Below, piece by piece: positions 29,758-38,843 of a stretch of DNA of 64,000 nt. The notes under the pieces were generated by a model. That model ran no database searches. It was given only the letters and a program-made list of their open reading frames with translations, and had not been told where the DNA came from. Position 1 is the stretch's first letter, and each line of letters starts with the position of its first letter. Source of the DNA: a virus; the IMG/VR virus record IMGVR_UViG_3300034280_000809, positions 5,343-69,342 of that record; one strand, written 5' to 3'. The translations under genes were made by a program, and so were the position numbers.

Positions 29758-30265
29758 ATGAAGAAACAAAAAAAAATGTACGCATATCTTTTAGAACTTA
29801 GAGATAGCGGAGAAATAAATATGTGGGGAGCTTCTAGTTATTTACAAAACAAGTTTGACCTAGAAGAGTACGAAGCAAAAGTTGTGCTACTAGGTTGGAT
29901 GGAATGGTGTAGGAAGACGGTGCAAGATGAAAGCAACAGATAAACAATATGAGAAAGCATTAAAGCTCTACGAGGACGGGGGAGCTTCTGATGTTTATAA
30001 ATACGCTGAAGAGATTGGTATAGACGAGTGGAGTATCTGCGAGCCATGCGAAACAAGTACACCGGATTGTGAAGATAACATATGCCTTGTTTGCGGTAGT
30101 GTTAAAGAAGACTATGCACATCAACGCTTTATAAATAAGTCTGTTGATTGTTACAAATGCAATGCTTTAGTAGACGAAAGGGAAGTTATGCCAAATGAAT
30201 CAAAGTATGGTGGCGACGATAACGGGGGATATTTGTGCAAGGCTTGCGTTTCCTTTTACCCATGA
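29758..30265 (+). CDS. Two small hypothetical genes (LRDSG.INMWGA family; Cys-rich Zn-finger protein)
   Basis: Motif; multiple CxxC. Confidence 0.55.
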
Positions 30266-30462
30266 TCCCGAAATCTGTTTCGTGATCATCAAGCAAAGCC
30301 TATTTCTATAGGGGTTTGCCATGCGATAAACTAATCTATTACTAACATCTTTATAAATTAGTAGTTGGTGGTTTGGGTAATCTGCTGCTATGCTTGCAAT
30401 CAGATTGAACTGTGATAGTCTGGATAAGTCTTGTAGATTCAAACTCTTTTAATGGAGTGTCT

Positions 30463-31725
30463 ATGTCTTCGTCCATCGCCCACGGTTCAGTAGCAGTGCT
30501 TGATGTTGAAACAACAGGGTTGCATCCTAAGGGTGGCAATCGAATAGTTGAAATTGCTATAGTAGTTATTGGCTCAAACGGTGTTGTTGAAAAAGAATTT
30601 GTTTCTTTAGTAAACCCAAACCGTGATGTAGGGCCTACAAAAATTCACAATATATACGCTTCTGATATTATCAATGCTCCTAAGTTTGAAGACATTGCCG
30701 GACATATACTTGAAGCATTGCAGGGGTGTGTTGCTATTGTTGGGCATAATGTTAGGTTTGATAAAGGCTTTTTAAGACATGAGTTTGAAAGGATTGAGGT
30801 TGAGCTTCCAGAATACTTTAGCTTATGCACCATGTACCTCTCAGGAGGGGGTAAGCTTTTTGATTGTTGCGAAAGGTTTGGTGTTGATGTTGGCGATGTA
30901 CAACATGAGGCTTTAGTTGATGCAAGGTTTACAGCTAAACTTTTTACTCTTTCACTGCCAGGTAATGAAGAAGAACTAGATGAGTTGTTATCTTCAAAAC
31001 CTATTGACTGGCCTACCGTTACAAAAACAAATGCTGTTCTTCTTACACGACAAGAAGCTGAGTTTAAAAAGAGCGAACCACCACCGTACTTGGAAAAGCT
31101 TTTAAAGCGTACTCACGAAAATGCTTCTGATTTAAAGTTTACAGAAGCCCAAATTAATTACATTGATATGCTTGATCGTGCTTTGGAGGATCGTATTGTA
31201 GATGAGGCCGAAGCAAAAGCTTTGTTTGAAACAGCTATTGAATGGGGCTTATCGGGAAAACAAATATTAGATATACACGAAAACTATTTAATAAAAATTG
31301 TAACAATTGCAATGGAAGATGGAATCATATCTGACTTTGAAATGCAAGACTTATTAATGGTTGCAACCTTGCTAGGCAAAAAAGAAGTCGATGTTATAAA
31401 TATTATTAATAAAAACAAAGTTTCTCCTATGAAAAAAGATAACCTTCCTTCAAAATCTATTGAAGACTTTAAAGGTAAGAAGGTTTGTTTTACTGGTGAA
31501 TTGTTTTGCTCTATCGATGGAGTTCCTATCAGCAGAAAAAAAGCACAGGAGTTATCTATCGAAGCAGGGCTAGAAGTATTAGAAAGAGTTACTAAAGAGC
31601 TAGAAATCTTGGTGGTTGCTGACCCTAATACGCTTTCCGGCAAAGCGAAGAAAGCTAAAATATACGGTGTAAGAATCCTGCATGAAAATGTTTTCTGGAA
31701 AACTCTTGGCATTAAGGTGGACTAA
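30463..31725 (+). CDS. DEDDh 3'-5' exonuclease (DnaQ-like) with helical TerB-like middle and C-terminal BRCT domain
   Basis: DVETTG, HNVRFD, HEALVDA; GKKVCFTG...KAKKAK.YGV. Confidence 0.85.
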   Translation: MSSSIAHGSVAVLDVETTGLHPKGGNRIVEIAIVVIGSNGVVEKEFVSLVNPNRDVGPTKIHNIYASDIINAPKFEDIAGHILEALQGCVAIVGHNVRFDKGFLRHEFERIEVELPEYFSLCTMYLSGGGKLFDCCERFGVDVGDVQHEALVDARFTAKLFTLSLPGNEEELDELLSSKPIDWPTVTKTNAVLLTRQEAEFKKSEPPPYLEKLLKRTHENASDLKFTEAQINYIDMLDRALEDRIVDEAEAKALFETAIEWGLSGKQILDIHENYLIKIVTIAMEDGIISDFEMQDLLMVATLLGKKEVDVINIINKNKVSPMKKDNLPSKSIEDFKGKKVCFTGELFCSIDGVPISRKKAQELSIEAGLEVLERVTKELEILVVADPNTLSGKAKKAKIYGVRILHENVFWKTLGIKVD

Positions 31726-31726
31726 A

Positions 31727-32140
31727 ATGAGCAATGTTATTTTTCGTTCTATTGATACTCCAATCCGAAAAGATTTAACATGGGAAGAATCATGGACAGG
31801 GGAAGATTCAGGGTTAATCTACTGCTGGGAAAAGGGTATTGAGATGAGTTTTGAAAACCCTGAGTTAGCTGCTAGTGCAGGGCAAGGAGAATTAGTAAAG
31901 TTGCATTGGACAGGAGGTGTTTATAAAAAAATGGCAGATCAAAAAAATGAAAAAGGTGAAGTCGTTAAGGAAAATATTATTGAGGGAACTCATAATTATT
32001 TAGCTACCTTACAAGGTTTACGGGGAGTAGATTTAAATATAGATTTAAATAATAAGATTGTTTTAGTTTGTACTAAACATCTTCAAAAAGTTTTATTCAA
32101 ACCTAAGGCATTTAAACTTATACAAAAAAATATGCTTTAA
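31727..32140 (+). CDS. Hypothetical protein
   Basis: Directly follows the exonuclease. Confidence 0.55.
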   Translation: MSNVIFRSIDTPIRKDLTWEESWTGEDSGLIYCWEKGIEMSFENPELAASAGQGELVKLHWTGGVYKKMADQKNEKGEVVKENIIEGTHNYLATLQGLRGVDLNIDLNNKIVLVCTKHLQKVLFKPKAFKLIQKNML

Positions 32141-32183
32141 TTTAACAAGTAGTATTAAAAGGTTTTAAGGAATCCAAAAAATT

Positions 32184-32369
32184 ATGAAACCAAAACCCAA
32201 ACCAAAACCAAAACCCAAGGGTAATACCCCTAGACAGTCATTCAGACTAACAGAAGGTGACAACGAATTGATCAAACAACTTATGGAAAAGTACAGCTTA
32301 CCTAACAAAACCTTAGCTATTAAGTTTGCATTGTGCATCGCAGTTGCTAATTACAAATTTAAAAAGTAA
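32184..32369 (+). CDS. Ribbon-helix-helix-like small DNA-binding protein with (KP)n N-terminus
   Basis: SFRLT..D..LI..L......K..AI..AL pattern. Confidence 0.5.
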   Translation: MKPKPKPKPKPKGNTPRQSFRLTEGDNELIKQLMEKYSLPNKTLAIKFALCIAVANYKFKK

Positions 32370-32456
32370 TAATATAATTTGGTATTACTGATTGATTCCT
32401 ATTTAAGATGAAGTATAGTCATATTGCTGCTTGAAGATTGAACGTCCTCCGGCAGT

Positions 32457-32490
32457 AATAAACCTCAGGGGGGCAACCTTGAGGTTTATT
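32457..32490. terminator. Long hairpin (terminator-like)
   Basis: AATAAACCTCAGG/CCTTGAGGTTTATT. Confidence 0.55.
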
Positions 32491-32521
32491 TATTTAGATA
32501 CAATATTAAAAGGATATACTA

Positions 32522-33103
32522 GTGGGACATTTTATTTTTGTTGTACTTCATATTTTGGCTTTTTTGTGCGGGTTCTTTGGCTTGTTTATTACTATACCAC
32601 TTCATCTTATATACGCAGTCATGCTTACTCAAGCTAACAACTCGAGAACAAATGTTGTTAAAAACTCAGAATCACAAAATATAGGTAGGTTGATAGGATT
32701 GTGTATCCGTGTATTAATGATTTTCATTGTTGGAATTGTAGTGTTTGTTTTGTTCTTAGGACTTTATTACAGAATAAATGGTCGTGCTCCTTGGCATTAA
32801 GATTTGTATTAAAGTAACCAAAGCTTATTTTTACAAGGGTTTGCTACACGATTACTTTGGTATACGGCTTTGCATTAAAGTAAGAACCAAGAAGGTTGCG
32901 GTAGCTGCACCAGTTGCATAGGCTATGACTTCAAAGATATCATCTTGTTTACTGTAATACTTAAATAAGAATACAGATAACACGGCAATAATAAAGCCGC
33001 ACAGGGAAGCGTATACTATCTTGTTGTTGAATATAAAATGCTTTTCTAGAGTTAAGAACATTGTCCATAAAGCACCACATAAAAAGCAGAGTAAGTATCG
33101 CAT
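32522..33103. CDS. Two convergent small membrane proteins (32522-32800 plus; 32852-33103 minus)
   Basis: Multiple hydrophobic helices. Confidence 0.5.
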
Positions 33104-33492
33104 ATGTTTGTCTGCCTTTAATATGGATAAGTTAAAGAGCTATACCTCTCTCTGGCGGAGATATAGGATTTCCAGTCCGAGGGTCAAAGGGCCAATCTTC
33201 TATGTCGGGGCATGAACACTTTTCAACAGGCTTATCGTGAATAGCACAGTACCAATTTTCAGAAACTTCACATAAAAACCAAACAGGTTCTCCACCGTAA
33301 GAAGATTTTTTGTTGTTCATAAAATCTAGCCTCTCCATAAAAGATACAATCCGTAGGCAAACAAAAACAAACCTATACATTCTGTACCGTAGGTTCTTCC
33401 TGGGTGTGTTAAACCTAAAGGTATACTGCACATCCCTAAAAATCCTCCGACTAATACAAATATAATCCCCACAGTTTCTTCGATAGGTGGTT

Positions 33493-34152
33493 TCATAATC
33501 TCTTTAATACCTCCCGAACTAAAGGGTGGCGAAGAGATTCTTCTTCTTTGAAGACATGAGTACAAGCCGTAGTAAGGGACGACAAGCGTTTCATTACACT
33601 AAGTATGTCACAGGAAAACTTATCGGGGTTGTGAGGTTTTACATCAGTCTGTTCTGGATCACAGGAGATAAGAACTTTGCTGTTGTTACCTACGCGGGTC
33701 AAGAACATTTTAAGTTGTGAGTAAGTTGCGTTCTGAGCTTCATCTAAGAAGAGCACACAGTCTTCAAAGGTATCGCCACGCATATAAGAAAGAGGTTGAA
33801 ACAACACAGCTTCTTCGGGGAGTTTGTAGGTCAAGCGTTTGATCAGTCTTCGGATCGGATCAAAGTAAGGGCTTATCTTTTCATCTACGGAGCCAGGAAG
33901 AAAACCTAAGGTATCCCCTACTTCTACAATAGGTCGGACTACTAAGATTTGTTTTTTGTTGCCTGCTAAAAGTTCTTGAAGAGCACAAGCAAGAGCACAA
34001 TGAGTTTTGCCTGTACCGGCAGGCCCAGTAAGAAAAATAAGATCGTGAGTAGGATAATCCTTTGACACTTTAATTTGTGTTGGGTTTGCTGGCTTGAAGT
34101 GAAAAACGGTTTCTGTAAAAGAAGCTTGAGTGTTGGTCTTTTTCTTAGCCAT
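33493..34152 (-). CDS. phoH: PhoH-family ATPase
   Basis: GPAGTGKT, LGFLPG, YMRGDTF, DEAQN. Confidence 0.9.
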   Translation of the reverse strand: MAKKKTNTQASFTETVFHFKPANPTQIKVSKDYPTHDLIFLTGPAGTGKTHCALACALQELLAGNKKQILVVRPIVEVGDTLGFLPGSVDEKISPYFDPIRRLIKRLTYKLPEEAVLFQPLSYMRGDTFEDCVLFLDEAQNATYSQLKMFLTRVGNNSKVLISCDPEQTDVKPHNPDKFSCDILSVMKRLSSLTTACTHVFKEEESLRHPLVREVLKRL

Positions 34153-34255
34153 GTTTTTAGTTCCTGATTATGTGTAACAATCAAGGCATGTGCATATAAA
34201 AGTTATTTTTATAGCCGTGGTATTGTTTCCATAAAACCTAATTTAAGGAAGTGTT

Positions 34256-35102
34256 ATGACACAAAGATATTGCGTTACTGTTAGTGGAACTATCACAAAA
34301 CAAATTTTAGTTGATGCAGATAACGAGGACTCTGCACAAGAGCTTGCTCACAATACTTTTACTTATTCTAATTCTGTAAAAGATAGCGGAATGGTTTCTT
34401 CTTTGTATCAACAAAAAGTTTTAAATGTTGAACCAATCTAATTTTAAAAAAGGTGTTTGTTATGAGTATGATTTTATTTTTGGTCTTAGGTTTTCAAGAG
34501 CTTGAGGAAGTAATGATTGATGTGCGAGCTTACAGAATGTTAAATCAGCCAAAACCTGTTGCCGGATCTTATAGAGTGTTGGCCTTGATGGAAGATCCAA
34601 CTAAGCCTCGCTGGGATACTACAATTTTAATTAGTGTGGACGATTTAGGTTTGATTGCACCAGTGGGTTATACTATAAAAGTTTCTGGAAATAAAAGATC
34701 GATTGATATGGGTAACGGATTAGATGTCTCTGGTATATGGGTCAATAAGAGAGAACAAATAAAACTTATAGGAATGGCTAAAGAAGTTATTCCTAAGTTG
34801 ACACCAGAAGAAAAGTCTAGATTTTCTAGAGGTTTGGAAAACAATTTCTTTCAAGGAAAGAATATACCTTTGCCACCTAAACAAAAAACAGGTGTTGGAT
34901 TTCCCGGAGGAATAAAATGAAAAAAGCTGGTGGTTATATAGTAGGGTTTATTGCCCTTCTTAGTGTTGTACTTTTTTACGCAGTAATTATTGGTGCTCTT
35001 TTAGCAATGCTTTATGTTTTTATAAAACTTGTTTTGCCTATAATCTGGTTAATTTGTGCTGTGTTCTTAGGTGTGTTCTTTCCGTTTTGGGTTAATCGTT
35101 AG
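34256..35102 (+). CDS. Three small hypothetical genes (34256-34441, 34453-34920, 34917-35102)
   Basis: ORF track; last two hydrophobic. Confidence 0.5.
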
Positions 35103-35129
35103 TTTGTTTTTCCCCAGTACAGTTGTTGT

Positions 35130-36623
35130 TTAAAACCATCCGTCGTTATCGTCAGTTCCAAATTGAAATTCTTTTTTCCCTGAGCTTCGTATTAATTTTA
35201 ATACTCCCATAGAAAGAGCAAAGGCTCTATCGTCATGGTGTTTACCCATGTGATCAAAACGAATTCCATTTGAGGACTGACGAATAACTAAGTTTAATAT
35301 TTCTTTTTCAAGAGTATCTTCTTCTCCGTTTTCTAAAAGAACTAAACCGCAACCTCTGTACCACTTTACAGTTGATTGAACTATTGCGTTTCGAAGAGCC
35401 ACACATAATTCTTGGTTACCTTTTCCTGACCTGAATTCAAATTTCTCCATAGGAAGGTAATCTCGAAACTTTTGATATAAGCCTTCAAGATTCCACGGGT
35501 CAATTACTATTGATGAAAAATCAAAGAGTGTTCTGTAGGTGTCAATCCATTCTTCTATTTGAGAAACTCGAACAGGGTTTTCTCTTGAGCCTTGAAGCAC
35601 ATCCATTCGGTCTACAATCATATGTTCGGTTAAAGGATCTTTGTGCATAATACACAAGACTGTTCTATCTCTTGTTGCACCGTAATCTATTGTTCCAATG
35701 TAAGAGGAGTCAGGGTTTCCTTTTGGTTGTAAAGTCAAATCAAAATCAATACATCGCTCTACTTCTTCTTGAGTTGCAAACTCACCTGCTATAGAAGAAG
35801 ACACCCATTTGTTATCGTAGAGTCTGGCTGCTACTGAAGGAGGAAGAACCTTCCTCATATCATCTTGATCTTCTTTATTAATCCACGAAGCAAGTTTTCC
35901 GGGCGATTGGTATATCCACCAGTTGTTTGATGTCTTAAATTTTTCTAAGGCATGGTGTTGCCAAGAATTTAAAACGCCTGCGTTAGTAGTAATAAGAAAA
36001 GTTGAGTTGGGGATTTTAGTTCGTGATGTAAGGATAGAATGAAAGAGTTCTGCACCTCGTTCTGGCCAGTGTGTTACTTCATCGCAGATTAATATATCAG
36101 GTCGAAGACCGTGGGAAGAAGCCGCGTCAGCCGACAGGATTTCAAAACAAGATGAGTGCTTACCGTAAAGCCTATAGTTTTGAATCTCAACATGCTTCTG
36201 AAGCCAAGGGTTTAGTTCTAATTCTCTTTCAGCACTTGAACGAATAAGGGCTGCTTGATCACGATCTGCTGCAAAAGCGTAGCCAAGAATCTGTCGTTGA
36301 GAAAACGCAAGCGACCAAGTTACAATTGAACCAAGCATACCAGTCTTGTTGTGGCCTTTAGGTAGGACGATAGCAGAAGACATAGGGCCTTTGTAGTCTT
36401 GGTTTACACCTGCTGTTTTTTCAAACATAGGAGCAAGGCGACTATAAAGAGTCCATTGCCAAGGTTCTGCTACAGACCTAAAAGGTTTTGAGTCTGGTTT
36501 AGAATCAATAACTATATGGTTCATGTAGTTTTGAAACGATTGACAAGAGGCTGCTTCGGCAAGAAGGTATACGGATTGCAGCTTTCGCTTCATCTCTGAA
36601 GTGGATAAGTCATTGTCCATCAA
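35130..36623 (-). CDS. terL: Terminase large subunit
   Basis: PKGHNKT Walker A, ILICDE Walker B, TTNAG, IDYG..RD and HDD nuclease motifs. Confidence 0.88.
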   Translation of the reverse strand: MMDNDLSTSEMKRKLQSVYLLAEAASCQSFQNYMNHIVIDSKPDSKPFRSVAEPWQWTLYSRLAPMFEKTAGVNQDYKGPMSSAIVLPKGHNKTGMLGSIVTWSLAFSQRQILGYAFAADRDQAALIRSSAERELELNPWLQKHVEIQNYRLYGKHSSCFEILSADAASSHGLRPDILICDEVTHWPERGAELFHSILTSRTKIPNSTFLITTNAGVLNSWQHHALEKFKTSNNWWIYQSPGKLASWINKEDQDDMRKVLPPSVAARLYDNKWVSSSIAGEFATQEEVERCIDFDLTLQPKGNPDSSYIGTIDYGATRDRTVLCIMHKDPLTEHMIVDRMDVLQGSRENPVRVSQIEEWIDTYRTLFDFSSIVIDPWNLEGLYQKFRDYLPMEKFEFRSGKGNQELCVALRNAIVQSTVKWYRGCGLVLLENGEEDTLEKEILNLVIRQSSNGIRFDHMGKHHDDRAFALSMGVLKLIRSSGKKEFQFGTDDNDGWF

Positions 36624-37101
36624 ATGTTACCGGAGAGTTTTCGCCAGGAAGCATATCAAGCATTTTTGGCGGAGAAGGGTTTAGTCCAAGACGAGAGTAT
36701 TCAGCAAGAAGCTCTGCATGATTAAGCTGGTGAACGGTAGACTCTACTTGGATCTGGGATTTCTCTGGGGCATCTAAGCCGGAAAGCTTGGCTCTTCGTT
36801 CTGTAATTTTGAGGGCTACTTCAATAGCTTTAGGGCTACCGCTAATTACTTTAGGCCACAAGCTCTTAAGGAAAGCGTCTAGTCTTTCTAATTCTAAAGT
36901 TCGCATTTCTTCTGTTTGTTCGCGAGTGAGAGTTGTCCATTCTTGAAGTTGTTGTAAGACAATGCTGTATGTTTCTTTTTCTGGTATTTGAAGTAAGTTT
37001 GAAATCTCAGGCATAGACCAACCGGAAATGCGGAGGTTCATTATCTGCATTCTTTTTTGTGCTTCTTCTACTTGACCCGGTGTTGGTATTTCTAAATCCA
37101 T
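36610..37101 (-). CDS. terS: Terminase small subunit (HTH)
   Basis: LRISGWS..EIS HTH; ERRAKLSGLDAP motif; directly upstream of terL. Confidence 0.7.
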   Translation of the reverse strand: MDLEIPTPGQVEEAQKRMQIMNLRISGWSMPEISNLLQIPEKETYSIVLQQLQEWTTLTREQTEEMRTLELERLDAFLKSLWPKVISGSPKAIEVALKITERRAKLSGLDAPEKSQIQVESTVHQLNHAELLAEYSRLGLNPSPPKMLDMLPGENSPVTFDGQ

Positions 37102-37216
37102 TTTTAATGTACCTCTCCCTTTTCCCTCTCTTCTCTTTGAGAAGGGGAGTTCCCGTTAAAGGGGTTTAGAATAGGGGCAGGGTAGAGTAGGGCAAATTCC
37201 TAATTTACTCAAGGGG

Positions 37217-37747
37217 TTACCGATACGCTTCTGCTAATCGAGCAAAAAAATAACCATCTTCTTCAGGGTTTGCAAAGGCTTCTTTAACTGTCTTTGTACA
37301 CATAAACCCTGTTTGTCTTAAAAATATTTGTGATTCTAAATCAGTCTCTCGCAAAGTAGTCGCTACATCATAACTAGGATATTCTTTAGCCATCCACCGT
37401 ATAACACCCGAACCTAAGCCTTGAAGCCTAAAGGAATCTTGTACTGTAACATTCCATAAACTAATACGGTTTCGCCTAATTGTGTAAGCTAGATAAGCTG
37501 CGGGAAAGGAATGTCGATATACAATTAATAAATTAACTGAAGTAAAATTCATTAGTTTTTTAAGTTCAGCTAATGTCCAAATGTCTTTAGCTCTTGAATT
37601 TTTTTCTAAAGAATAAACATCAAGTATGTTTCCTTCATCTACAAAAAAGGAAAAATACTCATCACCTAAATATCTACCTAGCGAAGTAGGATCTTCCACG
37701 GTATTCCTTAACTTAAAGTTAAGAGGTATTTTAATCTCGAAAGACAT
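37217..37747 (-). CDS. GNAT acetyltransferase (RimI-like)
   Basis: V...FR.QGLG; RETDL.SQ.FL...GF; EDGY. Confidence 0.7.
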   Translation of the reverse strand: MSFEIKIPLNFKLRNTVEDPTSLGRYLGDEYFSFFVDEGNILDVYSLEKNSRAKDIWTLAELKKLMNFTSVNLLIVYRHSFPAAYLAYTIRRNRISLWNVTVQDSFRLQGLGSGVIRWMAKEYPSYDVATTLRETDLESQIFLRQTGFMCTKTVKEAFANPEEDGYFFARLAEAYR

Positions 37748-38070
37748 CCCAGTATCTCATCTCTTTTGTTTAACAGATCCTTATCGGTATCTGAGTTAAT
37801 ATGCTGGGGGATAGTAATTAATAAAAAATCTTGGGTATCATTAAAGAATCTAGAAATGCCGTCAGGGGTATTTTTATTTAATACGTTATCTGATAAAAAC
37901 CCTGTGTTCATAATCCCGTATTCACCCTGCCACATTTCTACAAATTCATCTATTAAATCGTCAAGTAACTCATAGGCTTTTCCAAAAGCTTTATGGGCTG
38001 CAAAAGATTTAGTGTTCCAATGAAATAACTTGAGTTGATTTAAAATATAAAGAAAGTCGGTCTGGTTCAT
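37708..38070 (-). CDS. Ferritin/Dps-like protein (DUF5856-like)
   Basis: KLFHWNT.SFA.HKA...D.FVE; DLLN.RDE; KYLLTL. Confidence 0.7.
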   Translation of the reverse strand: MNQTDFLYILNQLKLFHWNTKSFAAHKAFGKAYELLDDLIDEFVEMWQGEYGIMNTGFLSDNVLNKNTPDGISRFFNDTQDFLLITIPQHINSDTDKDLLNKRDEILGCLSRLKYLLTLS

Positions 38071-38312
38071 AAATCAAATCCCCTTTCTTCTTTTTCATCA
38101 TCCTCATCATCTTCTTCATCAACACTGCATTCGTCTTGTTCAAAAACAAGGCTTACTAAAAGCTTTAAATAAATAGCTACAAGCTGAAAAGATTCCGTAG
38201 GTGTGAATCCAGCTTTTTCCAACCCCGCTTTAAACCTTGCTAAAGCAGGCGGGTAAAGTCTTGAAATCTTATCTGTGGCTTCCGTAAACTCCATGTCAAC
38301 TATTTCGCTCAT
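38067..38312 (-). CDS. Small acidic hypothetical protein
   Basis: Coupled ORF. Confidence 0.5.
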   Translation of the reverse strand: MSEIVDMEFTEATDKISRLYPPALARFKAGLEKAGFTPTESFQLVAIYLKLLVSLVFEQDECSVDEEDDEDDEKEERGFDL

Positions 38313-38324
38313 AGGTAGTTTCCT

Positions 38325-38843
38325 TTAAGGATTAAAAGCAGGGGAGGAATAGTAATCTATCTTTGCATATTCCGCCAGACACCCAGCGTCTGCTATACCA
38401 TCGTGAGGGAGTTTTCGTTTGCCGGGGAATAAAAGCTTTTCCTCCCAGCGAGATTTGAAGAATTCAATAGAGCCTTTTTTGTCTTTAATGCCTTCAGGCA
38501 ACAAAGCTTTTGTCCATACAGAAGGGGGTACAAGTATTGTTGAAAGGCCTAATAACTCTAAGCAAGCCATAATCTTTCCGTATACTCTTCCAAAAGTAAA
38601 TGTACTAACTACACCTTGCATTGGACGCGAGTGAACTTTCTCTAAAGCTAAGGTGTGAATATCTTTTTTAAAAATTTCTAAATACATATTTAAAGCAAAA
38701 CAATCTATATCCTTGCGTCCTTTTTCTGGACTATCAATTAGGGGTAAAGGGTTTGCAAATACAATCTTGTCTGTACTTGCATCAATAATTACTAAAGCTC
38801 CGTTAAGACCTGGGTCAATTCCCGCAAACAAAGTCTTGGTCAT
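38325..38843 (-). CDS. RuvC-like Holliday junction resolvase
   Basis: GIDPGLNGA, LEKVHS.P.QGV.STF.FG, HDGIADA. Confidence 0.85.
   Translation of the reverse strand: MTKTLFAGIDPGLNGALVIIDASTDKIVFANPLPLIDSPEKGRKDIDCFALNMYLEIFKKDIHTLALEKVHSRPMQGVVSTFTFGRVYGKIMACLELLGLSTILVPPSVWTKALLPEGIKDKKGSIEFFKSRWEEKLLFPGKRKLPHDGIADAGCLAEYAKIDYYSSPAFNP

Noticed and set aside
32184-32220. AAACC tandem repeat as a regulatory array
   Set aside because: Explained by the (KP)n coding sequence
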